In this document: piece by piece, positions 46,994-54,793 of the stretch | Layout: each line of letters opens with the position of its first letter | Numbering within the stretch: position 1 is the stretch's first letter | Source of the DNA: a virus | Taxonomy: Duplodnaviria > Caudoviricetes | Virus record (IMG/VR): IMGVR_UViG_2934965791_000001 | Location: 35,285-99,284 of that record | Length of the DNA stretch: 64,000 bases | Reading direction: 5' to 3' (one strand) | Notes under the pieces: model-generated | What the model saw: the letters and a program-made list of their open reading frames with translations, nothing else | Databases searched by the model: none | Told to the model about the DNA's origin: nothing | Made by a program: the position numbers and the translations under genes

Positions 46994-47033
46994 TTGCGTG
47001 TAGCTACACACCTAGGGCAAGCTGTAGCTACAC
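46994..47033 (+). promoter_or_regulatory. Twin-operator promoter P12
   Basis: TTGCGT...CAAGCT with two boxes. Confidence 0.85.
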
Positions 47034-47072
47034 GGGGACGACGGAGCGCCCCACCACACGAAGGAGCCCGAC

Positions 47073-47438
47073 ATGACGAACACCAACACCACCGACCTGG
47101 CCGACACCATCACCTGGACCGCCGGCCTGGCCGCCCGCCGCGACGAGAGCGCCCGCAAGGACCTGACCGACGCCATCACCGCCGGCCGCCACATCGACTC
47201 CTACCTCCTCAAGCCGGTCATGGAGGCCCAGGCCAAGGCGCAGCTGTGGCAGCAGGTCGTCCGCCGCATGGAGAAGGCCGGCACCGCCAAGGCCCTGGAG
47301 AGCGTCCGCGAGGAGTGCACGGACCTGCTCCTCGACCTCGGCGAGTCGCAGAGCACGTGCGCCATCACGAACGAGACCGACCGCCTGGCGCGCGACGCCG
47401 CCCGCACCTTCCTCAAGGAAACCCGCCGCATGGGCTGA
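47073..47438 (+). CDS. Hypothetical protein
   Basis: GAAGGAG RBS; helical sequence. Confidence 0.7.
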   Translation: MTNTNTTDLADTITWTAGLAARRDESARKDLTDAITAGRHIDSYLLKPVMEAQAKAQLWQQVVRRMEKAGTAKALESVREECTDLLLDLGESQSTCAITNETDRLARDAARTFLKETRRMG

Positions 47439-47448
47439 CCGCCCCACA

Positions 47449-47478
47449 CCGGCCCCGCCACTCGACCTGGCGGGGCCG
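47449..47478 (+). repeat. CTCGAC-loop hairpin
   Basis: ccggccccgcc-actcgacct-ggcggggccgg. Confidence 0.85.
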
Positions 47479-47585
47479 GCCACCCCCGGACCGTTCGCCA
47501 CGCCCCCAGCCGCCCCCTGCTGGTGGCGTCGCAATCCGCCCGGGAACGCCCCCAGACCGCCCCACACCGCACGAAGGGAACCACC

Positions 47586-47912
47586 GTGAACAAGACCACT
47601 TGCCCCTCCGCGTACGCCCACGAGACGGACGGCGTCACGTACACCTGCAACCGGGAGGCCGGCCACCCCGGCGTTCACCGGTCCGACGTCACCCGAACGT
47701 ACGCGACGTGCGACGTCTACACGGGTCGGCCGACCGGCGGCACCCACGAGGAGGCCGTCATGTGGACGGACTGGGAGGCGTTCCTCGGGGTCCAGCGGAC
47801 CGGGTCCGACGCGGAGGTCGTCGCGGCCGGCGCCGCGCTGGTCGCCGGCGCGGAGTGGTACGCGGACATGCTGACCCGGCAGCCCCGGTACGCGACGCTG
47901 GTCGGCGCCTGA
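47586..47912 (+). CDS. Hypothetical protein
   Basis: GTG at 47586 after AAGGGA; C/H motif 'CNREAGHPGVH'. Confidence 0.6.
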   Translation: MNKTTCPSAYAHETDGVTYTCNREAGHPGVHRSDVTRTYATCDVYTGRPTGGTHEEAVMWTDWEAFLGVQRTGSDAEVVAAGAALVAGAEWYADMLTRQPRYATLVGA

Positions 47913-47930
47913 TTCCTCCCCCGTGATGCC

Positions 47931-47970
47931 TTGCGTGTAGCTACACACTCCACTTAGAGTGTAGCTACAC
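47931..47970 (+). promoter_or_regulatory. Twin-operator promoter P13
   Basis: TTGCGT...TAGAGT with two boxes. Confidence 0.85.
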
Positions 47971-48010
47971 GGACGGGAACGGCCCGGCCGGAAAGCCCAG
48001 GAGGCACACG

Positions 48011-48358
48011 ATGATCAAGTCCAGCCGCGACCGCCGCAACGTCACCCGCGAGCGCGCCGCCGCCACCCGCCTCGCCGCCTCCATCCGCCGGGGCCGCGCC
48101 CGCTCGATCGCCACCCACGCGATCGCCGCCGGTATCCCGGCCGAGACCGCGAAGGGCGTAGCGGGCGGCCTCCGCACCGTCGCGAAGCGCCTCGGCGTCC
48201 AGCCGGTCCGGGTCGTCAACAACCGCCGCAACGACCGCAACCCGGGCGAGGTCCGCCACCACTACACCCCGGCACAGGTCGCCGTGCTCCGCGCGAACTA
48301 CAAGCCGCGCAAGGCCGAGTACGTCGACGCCGTCGCCCGCATGGCGCTCGCCGCCTGA
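48011..48358 (+). CDS. Basic hypothetical protein
   Basis: AGGAGG RBS; 'YKPRKAEY'. Confidence 0.7.
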   Translation: MIKSSRDRRNVTRERAAATRLAASIRRGRARSIATHAIAAGIPAETAKGVAGGLRTVAKRLGVQPVRVVNNRRNDRNPGEVRHHYTPAQVAVLRANYKPRKAEYVDAVARMALAA

Positions 48359-48369
48359 CCAACCATCCC

Positions 48370-48404
48370 GCGCGGCCCGGCCACTCGACCGGGCCGGGCC
48401 GCGC
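48370..48404 (+). repeat. CTCGAC-loop hairpin
   Basis: gcgcggcccggcc-actcgaccg-ggccgggccgcgc. Confidence 0.85.
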
Positions 48405-48431
48405 ACCCCACACACCCAAGGAGTCACGACC

Positions 48432-48725
48432 ATGCACCAGCACACCCCCGACACCGCCCCGGCCGCCGCCGACGCCGAGCCGGCCGCCGCCGAGGGCTTC
48501 TACGTGAGCGCCCGCTACCGGGACCGCGCCCGGCTGCTGCTCGGCCCGTACGCGACGCACCAGGAGGCGAAGGACAACGTGGCGCGGGCGCGCCGGTACG
48601 TCGTGGAGTACGACCTCCTCGGCTGGCTGTACGCGTACGGCACGCTGCGCGGCGAGATGAAGGCCGGCCGTCCGCTGCCGGCAGGCCGGCTCAACGACGT
48701 GCTCGGGCTGACCGAGGCCGGCTGA
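48432..48725 (+). CDS. Hypothetical protein
   Basis: AAGGAG RBS; 'LLLGPYATHQEA'. Confidence 0.7.
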   Translation: MHQHTPDTAPAAADAEPAAAEGFYVSARYRDRARLLLGPYATHQEAKDNVARARRYVVEYDLLGWLYAYGTLRGEMKAGRPLPAGRLNDVLGLTEAG

Positions 48726-48787
48726 CCGGGCCGGCAGTGCGCCGGCGGGCTCCTGCCGGCGCACCCGGCCGGGCCGGAAACCCCCGC

Positions 48788-48826
48788 TTGCGTGTAGCTA
48801 CACACTCCCGTATTCTGTAGCTACAC
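48788..48826 (+). promoter_or_regulatory. Twin-operator promoter P14
   Basis: TTGCGT...TATTCT with two boxes. Confidence 0.85.
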
Positions 48827-48866
48827 GGAACGGGAACGGCCCGACCGACCAGCCGAAAGGCACACG

Positions 48867-49103
48867 ATGATCACCGAGACCATCACCCCCGAACTCGCCA
48901 CCGCCCTCAACAAGTTCATCAAGGCGTTCGGGGAGGTTGACACAGTCGGCGACCTCGCCCCCGCCCTCTCCTGCGTCGAGGTCGACTACATGGCGGACCT
49001 GTTCCGCGCGGCCGGACAGCCGGAGGCGGCCGACGCATGGAAGGCCGACCACGAGGCGGCGGAAGGCCCGTGCGACTGCACCGACACGGACGACGACGAG
49101 TAA
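48867..49103 (+). CDS. Small acidic protein
   Basis: GAAAGG RBS; 78 aa, D/E-rich. Confidence 0.7.
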   Translation: MITETITPELATALNKFIKAFGEVDTVGDLAPALSCVEVDYMADLFRAAGQPEAADAWKADHEAAEGPCDCTDTDDDE

Positions 49104-49111
49104 CACCCCCT

Positions 49112-49144
49112 GCGCCCCCGGTCACTCGACCTGACCGGGGGCGC
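49112..49144 (+). repeat. CTCGAC-loop hairpin
   Basis: gcgcccccggtc-actcgacct-gaccgggggcgc. Confidence 0.85.
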
Positions 49145-49188
49145 GCCCCCAGATCGCCCGCTACGCCCCGCAGGAAGGTTCCGCCCCC

Positions 49189-49335
49189 GTGAGCACCCCG
49201 CCCACCCCGCGCGTCCCCCAGATCCCGCGTGCGCCCCGCGACGACCGCGCAACGGCCATGCGCCGCCCGTGCGAGTGCTGCGGCGCCGCGCCCGGCGAGG
49301 AGTGCAGCCCGTTCGAGATGTGCAGCGCGGAATAG
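49189..49335 (+). CDS. Small Zn-finger-like protein
   Basis: GTG after GGAAGG; 'CECCGAAPGEEC'. Confidence 0.45.
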   Translation: MSTPPTPRVPQIPRAPRDDRATAMRRPCECCGAAPGEECSPFEMCSAE

Positions 49336-49339
49336 CCCC

Positions 49340-49378
49340 TTGCGTGTAGCTACACGACACCTTAGTCTGTAGCTACAC
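49340..49378 (+). promoter_or_regulatory. Twin-operator promoter P15
   Basis: TTGCGT...TAGTCT with two boxes. Confidence 0.85.
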
Positions 49379-49418
49379 GCCACGGGGAAACGCCCCAGGC
49401 CAGCGAAGGGAACACCGA

Positions 49419-49634
49419 ATGTTCGAGCCGACCGCCGCCCGCGCCGCCCTCAACACCTACGCCGCGCGCGTCCCCGGCGAGCGCGCCGAGGACCGCCAGG
49501 TGCAGGCGACCGACCTCCTGGTCGACCTCCTGCTGATGTTCGAGGACGACACCGCGCACGCGATCCTCGCCGCCGCCGAGCGCCGCATGACGGAGGAGCG
49601 CCCGGGCGTCACGCCGCGGTTCGTGGGCGTCTGA
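49419..49634 (+). CDS. Small hypothetical protein
   Basis: AAGGGA RBS; 'TDLLVDLLL'. Confidence 0.7.
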   Translation: MFEPTAARAALNTYAARVPGERAEDRQVQATDLLVDLLLMFEDDTAHAILAAAERRMTEERPGVTPRFVGV

Positions 49635-49646
49635 CCGCCCCGGGGC

Positions 49647-49673
49647 GCCCCGGTCACTCGACTGGACCGGGGC
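49647..49673 (+). repeat. CTCGAC-loop hairpin
   Basis: gccccggtc-actcgactg-gaccggggc. Confidence 0.8.
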
Positions 49674-49723
49674 CCCCGCGGCCGCCACAACCCCCGCCAC
49701 GCCCCGAGAAAGGGCCACGCGCG

Positions 49724-50107
49724 ATGACCACCACTGCCGACGCCGTGACGTTCACGTTCCCCTCCGGCGCGACCGTCGACCTGCCTGCCGGCATGACCCC
49801 GTGCCGCACTGCCGGCGACTCCGTCACCGAGGACGTCAGCCGGTTCGTCACGGTCGGCGTCACCCCTGCCGGCCGCGAGGTGCGGTCGCACTTCTCCTGC
49901 GCCGCGTACACCCGGGCCGCGCACCTGTACTCGATGCGGGAGGCCGTCGCGAAGGTGCGCGCCCGGGCGGCCGGCCTCGATGCGCGCGGCCTCACGATCA
50001 AGGCCGCGAACCTCCGGGGACACCTCGCCGCGACCGAGGCCGAGCACGCCGCGGCGATAGCCGACTGGACGGCCGACCCCGCGCCGTGCACCTGCCCGGA
50101 GGACTGA
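49724..50107 (+). CDS. Hypothetical protein (paralog of 50231-50602)
   Basis: Shared 'LPAGMTPCR', 'TPAG', 'DPAPCTCP'. Confidence 0.7.
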   Translation: MTTTADAVTFTFPSGATVDLPAGMTPCRTAGDSVTEDVSRFVTVGVTPAGREVRSHFSCAAYTRAAHLYSMREAVAKVRARAAGLDARGLTIKAANLRGHLAATEAEHAAAIADWTADPAPCTCPED

Positions 50108-50123
50108 CCGCCCCCCGGCTGCT

Positions 50124-50154
50124 GCGCCCCCGCCACTCGACCGGGCGGGGGCGC
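50124..50154 (+). repeat. CTCGAC-loop hairpin
   Basis: gcgcccccgcc-actcgaccg-ggcgggggcgc. Confidence 0.85.
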
Positions 50155-50193
50155 TTGCGTGTAGCTACATGACCGGGCAAGCTGTAGCTACAC
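50155..50193 (+). promoter_or_regulatory. Twin-operator promoter P16
   Basis: TTGCGT...CAAGCT with two boxes. Confidence 0.85.
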
Positions 50194-50230
50194 GGACGGA
50201 CGGGACCGCCCCCGACGGAAGGATCACCCG

Positions 50231-50602
50231 ATGCACAACATGACGCAGGCCCTGCGCGACGGGGGGCAGGTGGAACTCCCCGCCGGCATGACCCCGTGCC
50301 GCCGGCCGCTGCGCGTCCTCTACTCCGGTGAGGAGGGCGGCCGGGTGCGCGGATACACGCCGGCCGGCGCCTCCATCTACACCGCGTGGTCGTGCCCGGC
50401 GTACGCCCGGGCGGCCGAGATCGCAGGGGAGCGGGTCCTGATCGCCCGTCTGCGGGACCGGGCCGGCCAGTTCGACGCGGCGCGCGTTCCGGCCGCTGCG
50501 GCGAAGCTGCGGGCCCTGGCGGACCGGCAGGCGGCCGCGCTGGCGCTGACGCTCGCGGCGTACGCCGACGACCCGGCGCCGTGCACCTGCCCGACGGACT
50601 GA
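50231..50602 (+). CDS. Hypothetical protein (paralog of 49724-50107)
   Basis: GGAAGGA RBS; shared motifs. Confidence 0.7.
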   Translation: MHNMTQALRDGGQVELPAGMTPCRRPLRVLYSGEEGGRVRGYTPAGASIYTAWSCPAYARAAEIAGERVLIARLRDRAGQFDAARVPAAAAKLRALADRQAAALALTLAAYADDPAPCTCPTD

Positions 50603-50614
50603 CGCACGCCCCCT

Positions 50615-50649
50615 ACGCCCCCCGGCACCTCGACCACGCCGGGGGGCGT
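50615..50649 (+). repeat. CTCGAC-loop hairpin
   Basis: acgccccccggc-acctcgaccac-gccggggggcgt. Confidence 0.8.
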
Positions 50650-50668
50650 TCCCGTGCCCGGACAGGGC

Positions 50669-50707
50669 TTGCGTGTAGCTACACGACCGCATAATCTGTA
50701 GCTACAC
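50669..50707 (+). promoter_or_regulatory. Twin-operator promoter P17
   Basis: TTGCGT...TAATCT with two boxes. Confidence 0.85.
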
Positions 50708-50748
50708 GCCACGACAACACACCGCCCATCTATCGAAGGAGGCCCACC

Positions 50749-51000
50749 ATGGCCCGCCGCTCCCCCGCCCAGCTCGCCGTCCTCGCGATCGTCGCCAACG
50801 GAAACGTCAAGGTCTACCGGGCCGGGAGCAAGAACCCCCGCGTCATCGACCACACCACCGGCGCCCGCATCAATCTCAACACCCACCGCGCCCTCCAGTC
50901 CGCCGGTCTCGTGGAGCGCGACCGCAGCACCAGCCTCTACCAGGGGCAGGCCGTGAACCTCACCGACGCCGGGCGCGCCGAACTGGACGCCGCCCGCTGA
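50749..51000 (+). CDS. Small winged-helix-like protein
   Basis: AAGGAGG RBS; 'ALQSAGLVER...LTDAGRAEL'. Confidence 0.7.
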   Translation: MARRSPAQLAVLAIVANGNVKVYRAGSKNPRVIDHTTGARINLNTHRALQSAGLVERDRSTSLYQGQAVNLTDAGRAELDAAR

Positions 51001-51013
51001 CCACCCCTCCGCC

Positions 51014-51044
51014 GCGCCCCGGTCACTCGACCCGACCGGGGCGC
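51014..51044 (+). repeat. CTCGAC-loop hairpin
   Basis: gcgccccggtc-actcgaccc-gaccggggcgc. Confidence 0.85.
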
Positions 51045-51064
51045 AGCCAGCCCACCCCAAGAGC

Positions 51065-51103
51065 TTGCGTGTAGCTACACAGTCGCATAGTCTGTAGCTA
51101 CAC
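51065..51103 (+). promoter_or_regulatory. Twin-operator promoter P18
   Basis: TTGCGT...TAGTCT with two boxes. Confidence 0.85.
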
Positions 51104-51124
51104 GATGACGACACGGAGGACACC

Positions 51125-51478
51125 ATGAAGACCACGACCGCGGCCCCCAGGTACTGGCGCACCGGCAAGGGCCAGAAGCGCCACGCCTCCGAGTTCTGCG
51201 CGAACGGCCGACGCTCGGTCTTCACCGGTGACGTCACCGTCATCCCGGCCGGCCAGGTCAAGGACTGGGCGCCGTGCAAGTTCTGCTGCACCACCGAGGA
51301 GATCGCGGCGTTCGGCCAGGAGGCGCCGGCCGCGGCCACGCCGGCCAAGACGTACTGCGCGAACACCGGCGTGGAGAACGCCCGCAAGGTCTACAGCCGC
51401 TGCACGGACTGCGGCAAAGGCGGCTCGGTGAACCGGCGCACCGGCACCCTCCGGGCCCACGAGCCCGCGAAGCAGTAG
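51125..51478 (+). CDS. Cys/His Zn-binding hypothetical protein
   Basis: GGAGGA RBS; 'H..EFC', 'CKFCC', 'CTDC...LRAH'. Confidence 0.7.
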   Translation: MKTTTAAPRYWRTGKGQKRHASEFCANGRRSVFTGDVTVIPAGQVKDWAPCKFCCTTEEIAAFGQEAPAAATPAKTYCANTGVENARKVYSRCTDCGKGGSVNRRTGTLRAHEPAKQ

Positions 51479-51484
51479 AGCGCA

Positions 51485-51521
51485 GCCGCGCCCCGGTCAC
51501 TCGACCGGACCGGGGCGCGGC
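51485..51521 (+). repeat. CTCGAC-loop hairpin
   Basis: gccgcgccccggtc-actcgaccg-gaccggggcgcggc (identical to the copy at 41151). Confidence 0.85.
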
Positions 51522-51558
51522 ACCCGAACCGACACACCGAACGCCAACGGAGGACACC

Positions 51559-51963
51559 GTGGCTGGCTTCACCATCAAGGGCATCACCGACGACACCGAC
51601 CGGTGCGAGCACTGCGGGACCCGCATCAGGCGGGCCGTTGCCCTCATGCCCCTCGACGCCGACGGCAGCGAGGACGGCGACGTCGTGTACTACGGCACGA
51701 CGTGCGCCAGCCGCGCCCTCGGCCGTAAGACCGCCTGGGTCACCAACCAGGCCCGCGCCGCCCAGGCCAAGTGGGAGCAGCAGGCCGAACGCGCCCGGGA
51801 ATGGCTCGCCGCCTACGAGCCCGTGGAGTTCGCGCCCGTCCGCGAGAAGTTCCGGGTGTTCGTCGTCGAGCGGAACAACACGGTGCGCCCCGGCGAGACC
51901 GTGACGGACGCCGTGGCCGGCCTCTTGGCGAGCGCCCGCGCAATCCTCGCCGCCCGCATCTGA
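51559..51963 (+). CDS. Zn-finger hypothetical protein
   Basis: GTG at 51559 after GGAGGA; 'CEHCG...YYGTTCA'. Confidence 0.7.
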   Translation: MAGFTIKGITDDTDRCEHCGTRIRRAVALMPLDADGSEDGDVVYYGTTCASRALGRKTAWVTNQARAAQAKWEQQAERAREWLAAYEPVEFAPVREKFRVFVVERNNTVRPGETVTDAVAGLLASARAILAARI

Positions 51964-52056
51964 CCCGCCCTGTACCCGCGCCGACAGTCACCCCCGGCCG
52001 GCGGCGCGCCCCCGTCGTCCATGCCCGACCGACACGCCCCGGAAGGACCACCCGAG

Positions 52057-52605
52057 ATGACCGACACCCTCGACGACGACCACCCGCACCGGTACCGGTA
52101 CTTCGGCTCGCGCGCCGGCGCCCGGTGCGTGGCGTGCAACGACCCCGAGCCCGCGCCGGCGGACGCCCCGCCGGCCGTCGTCCGCGTGACCGCCGCGGTG
52201 CTCGCCGGCCACCACACCGCCGACACCCGCAACGAGTACGGGTCGTGCATCGCCTCCGGGTTCCGCGTCGCCCTCGGTGCCGACGACCGTGCACGTGTCC
52301 ACCACCAGCTTCGGCCTGCAGACTTGACCGACCCCGACCGGCCGTCCATCCACGAGCGCTGGGAGGAGATGCGCGCCCGGGTCGCCGCGTACGCGAAGAC
52401 GCTTGAGGACGACGGCTTCACCGTGGACTGCCGCGAGCGGCCCACGGGCCCGTATCTCCTCGCCACGCCGGCCGCGCCGCACTGCGACTGCTACGCCGCG
52501 GCCGGCCGCATCGGCTCCCGCGGGCACGGGACGACGACGGAGCACGACCCGGAGTGCCACAGCATCACCTCGGCCGACGGTGCGTCGGCAGGGGTCGGCC
52601 GGTAG
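52057..52605 (+). CDS. Hypothetical protein
   Basis: ATG at 52057 after GGAAGGA. Confidence 0.6.
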   Translation: MTDTLDDDHPHRYRYFGSRAGARCVACNDPEPAPADAPPAVVRVTAAVLAGHHTADTRNEYGSCIASGFRVALGADDRARVHHQLRPADLTDPDRPSIHERWEEMRARVAAYAKTLEDDGFTVDCRERPTGPYLLATPAAPHCDCYAAAGRIGSRGHGTTTEHDPECHSITSADGASAGVGR

Positions 52606-52691
52606 CTGGCGCGCGGCCGGCGGTGACTCGCTGCGCCGGTCGCCTCCCGGTCGAGGAGAGACGGCTGGCGCAGCGCTTTTCCCGCCCCCCC

Positions 52692-52730
52692 TTGCGTGTA
52701 GCTACACATACGGGCAAGCTGTAGCTACAC
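52692..52730 (+). promoter_or_regulatory. Twin-operator promoter P19
   Basis: TTGCGT...CAAGCT with two boxes. Confidence 0.85.
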
Positions 52731-52761
52731 GACGACGCAACGATCCAGGGAGCCACCGGAC

Positions 52762-53211
52762 ATGACCACCGCCACGAAGCCCGCAGCCATCACCCCCGCC
52801 CAGCGCAAGGCGCTGCTCCTGGTCGCCGGCGGCAACGTCGTCGCCTGGCTCCGCGGCGAGGCCGGCTTCGCCACCATCAACGGCAACGCCGAGCGCAAGC
52901 TCAACGACCTCGGGCTGATCGAGGACGTCAAGGTCATGACCCGCACCCGCACCGCGTACGGGACGGCCATGACGTACGACGTGAAGGTGTGGGTCCTCAC
53001 CCCGGCCGGCCGGAACGCGCTGGGCGTCGTCTCGTCGACGACCGCGACCGCGAACACCCGGGCGCACCAGGTGCGGGCGATCGGCCGGCAGCACGTTGAC
53101 GACGCGGCCCCCATGGGCGAGTGCGCGGTGTGCGAGACGGTCGGCGAGTGGAACGCGCTGGTGGACCTCGCGCCGAACGCGTACGGGTGCCCGGGGCGCG
53201 CCCGGTACTGA
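52762..53211 (+). CDS. Winged-helix-like hypothetical protein
   Basis: GGGAG RBS; 'ITPAQRKAL...LNDLGLI...LTPAGRNAL'. Confidence 0.7.
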   Translation: MTTATKPAAITPAQRKALLLVAGGNVVAWLRGEAGFATINGNAERKLNDLGLIEDVKVMTRTRTAYGTAMTYDVKVWVLTPAGRNALGVVSSTTATANTRAHQVRAIGRQHVDDAAPMGECAVCETVGEWNALVDLAPNAYGCPGRARY

Positions 53212-53228
53212 CCCCGGCGCCGGCACGC

Positions 53229-53263
53229 GGCCGGCCCTGCCACTCGACCGGGCAGGGCCGGCC
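53229..53263 (+). repeat. CTCGAC-loop hairpin
   Basis: ggccggccctgcc-actcgaccg-ggcagggccggcc. Confidence 0.85.
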
Positions 53264-53285
53264 TTGAAGTCGTGCCGGACTGGGC

Positions 53286-53325
53286 TTGCGTGTAGCTACA
53301 CACATGGGGCAAGCTGTAGCTACAC
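53286..53325 (+). promoter_or_regulatory. Twin-operator promoter P20
   Basis: TTGCGT...CAAGCT with two boxes. Confidence 0.85.
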
Positions 53326-53344
53326 GACGACGAAGGGAAACACA

Positions 53345-54154
53345 ATGAACGCCACCGCCACCAACGACCTGACCGGCTACTACTACCCCTCCGCCCCCGG
53401 CGCCCGCACCTGGCGCGAGGCCCGCGACCTCTACATCAACGGCAAGCGCGTCTCCGCCCACGTCGCCGGCGACCGCCACGCCACCGTCTTCATCGGCGGC
53501 GAGATCGTCTTCGAAGGCGCCCTCCCCACCGAGATCATCACCTCCGGCCAGGCGCAGACCTGGGCCCGTGACACCGCCCTGGACGCCGCCGCCAACGAGG
53601 CCGCCGCGGTCGACGCCGCCGAGGCCATCGTCGCCGAGGCCGCCGGCACCATCGCCGCCGAACTGTCCGCGACCGCCACCACCGCCGCCGAGCACCGCGC
53701 CGCGGCCGCCGCCTTCACCAAGGCGCAGCACGTGTCCGCCGAGCGGGCCGACGAGGCCGACGGCGCACTCAGCCAGTGGGCGCACGGCCTAAACGCCGCG
53801 GAGCACCACCTCGCCGCCGAGATCGCCGAGGACGGCGGCAAGGCCGAGTTCGCCGGGCTGTTCGACCTGAACGGCAACCTCGTCCCCGCGGTCCGCGTCG
53901 ACGGCCGGTACGGCTGGTACTGGAAGCTCCTCGACGGCCGCGGCCGCACCGCCGGCCTGTTCAACGAGTCCAAGGCCAAGACCGCCGACCGCCGGCGCGC
54001 CGCGGACGCCCGCAAGGGCTACTACGTCGGCCGGGTCCGGGTCGCGGCCCGCGCGGTCCTCGCCGGCGGCGGCATCGGCACCGTGATGCCCCGCGCCGAG
54101 CGCATCGACGGCGGGTACTCCGCCGCGGCGATCGTCGTCGACAACGGCCAGTAA
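53345..54154 (+). CDS. Hypothetical protein
   Basis: ATG at 53345 after AAGGGA; 'DGALSQWA...LFDLNGNLV...GRYG'. Confidence 0.7.
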   Translation: MNATATNDLTGYYYPSAPGARTWREARDLYINGKRVSAHVAGDRHATVFIGGEIVFEGALPTEIITSGQAQTWARDTALDAAANEAAAVDAAEAIVAEAAGTIAAELSATATTAAEHRAAAAAFTKAQHVSAERADEADGALSQWAHGLNAAEHHLAAEIAEDGGKAEFAGLFDLNGNLVPAVRVDGRYGWYWKLLDGRGRTAGLFNESKAKTADRRRAADARKGYYVGRVRVAARAVLAGGGIGTVMPRAERIDGGYSAAAIVVDNGQ

Positions 54155-54163
54155 CCGGCCCCA

Positions 54164-54192
54164 CGGCCCCGCCCACCGACCGGGCGGGGCCG
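54164..54192 (+). repeat. Degenerate loop hairpin
   Basis: cggccccgccc-accgacc-gggcggggccg. Confidence 0.65.
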
Positions 54193-54214
54193 ACCCACTC
54201 CCCGGAGGCACAAC

Positions 54215-54514
54215 ATGCCCGAGACCCCCGACGTCATCGTCAGCATCACCCGCTACACCGTGTCCGTCTTCCCGGCCGACAGCAAGGATCACCGGTACTA
54301 CGCGCTCCAGGTCGAGCTGAAGCCCCGCGGCTGGGTCGTCACCGACGGCGCCACGTACTACGGGCCCGACGGCGCCGAGGAATTCAGCGTGTCCACCGCG
54401 CACCACTTCGCCGACCACGAGGAGGCGCTGACCCTGGCCGAGGGACTGGCGCCGCACCTCACCATCAACAGGAACACGGCCGCCGAGGTCTACCGCCACA
54501 CCCGCAACGCCTGA
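54215..54514 (+). CDS. Hypothetical protein
   Basis: GGAGG RBS; last gene of the array. Confidence 0.7.
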   Translation: MPETPDVIVSITRYTVSVFPADSKDHRYYALQVELKPRGWVVTDGATYYGPDGAEEFSVSTAHHFADHEEALTLAEGLAPHLTINRNTAAEVYRHTRNA

Positions 54515-54530
54515 CCCCAGAAACACGTGA

Positions 54531-54560
54531 AGGCCCCCGAGCGACGATGCTCGGGGGCTT
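54531..54560. terminator. Hairpin at the convergence of the array and the early operon
   Basis: aggcccccgagc-gacgat-gctcgggggctt. Confidence 0.6.
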
Positions 54561-54621
54561 ACGCGCGTGAAGCGTCATGACCTGCTGCGGCCGGCACGAC
54601 CCTCATGACCATCGTGTTCTG

Positions 54622-54643
54622 TGTCGCTACAGGTGTAGCTACA
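54622..54643. promoter_or_regulatory. Closely spaced operator-like boxes without a promoter
   Basis: tgtcgctaca-gg-tgtagctaca. Confidence 0.55.
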
Positions 54644-54793
54644 GCGGGTCGCGGTCGGGTCGGGTGGGTGCGGCGTGTCGGCGGATGGTTCGGGTGAGTG
54701 CGACGGTCCCGGTGGCAATGAAGCCGACGAGGCACACGAGAGCGATCACAGCGCACCCCAGGGCGGCTATCACGTAGTCGCCGGGCTCTATGA

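Noticed and set aside
33095-53325. TGTAGCTACA repeats as a CRISPR array
   Set aside because: Copies are hundreds to thousands of bases apart and separated by whole genes; they have promoter geometry; no cas genes are visible
34743-54192. Classical integron with attC sites
   Set aside because: No tyrosine integrase in the window, no RYYYAAC/GTTRRRY ends, and the units carry their own promoters; kept only as an analogy
33122-54526. Minus-strand ORFs across the array and recurring 'ACSYT'/'RVAT' peptides
   Set aside because: Shadow frames; the recurring peptides are simply translations of the non-coding operator palindrome
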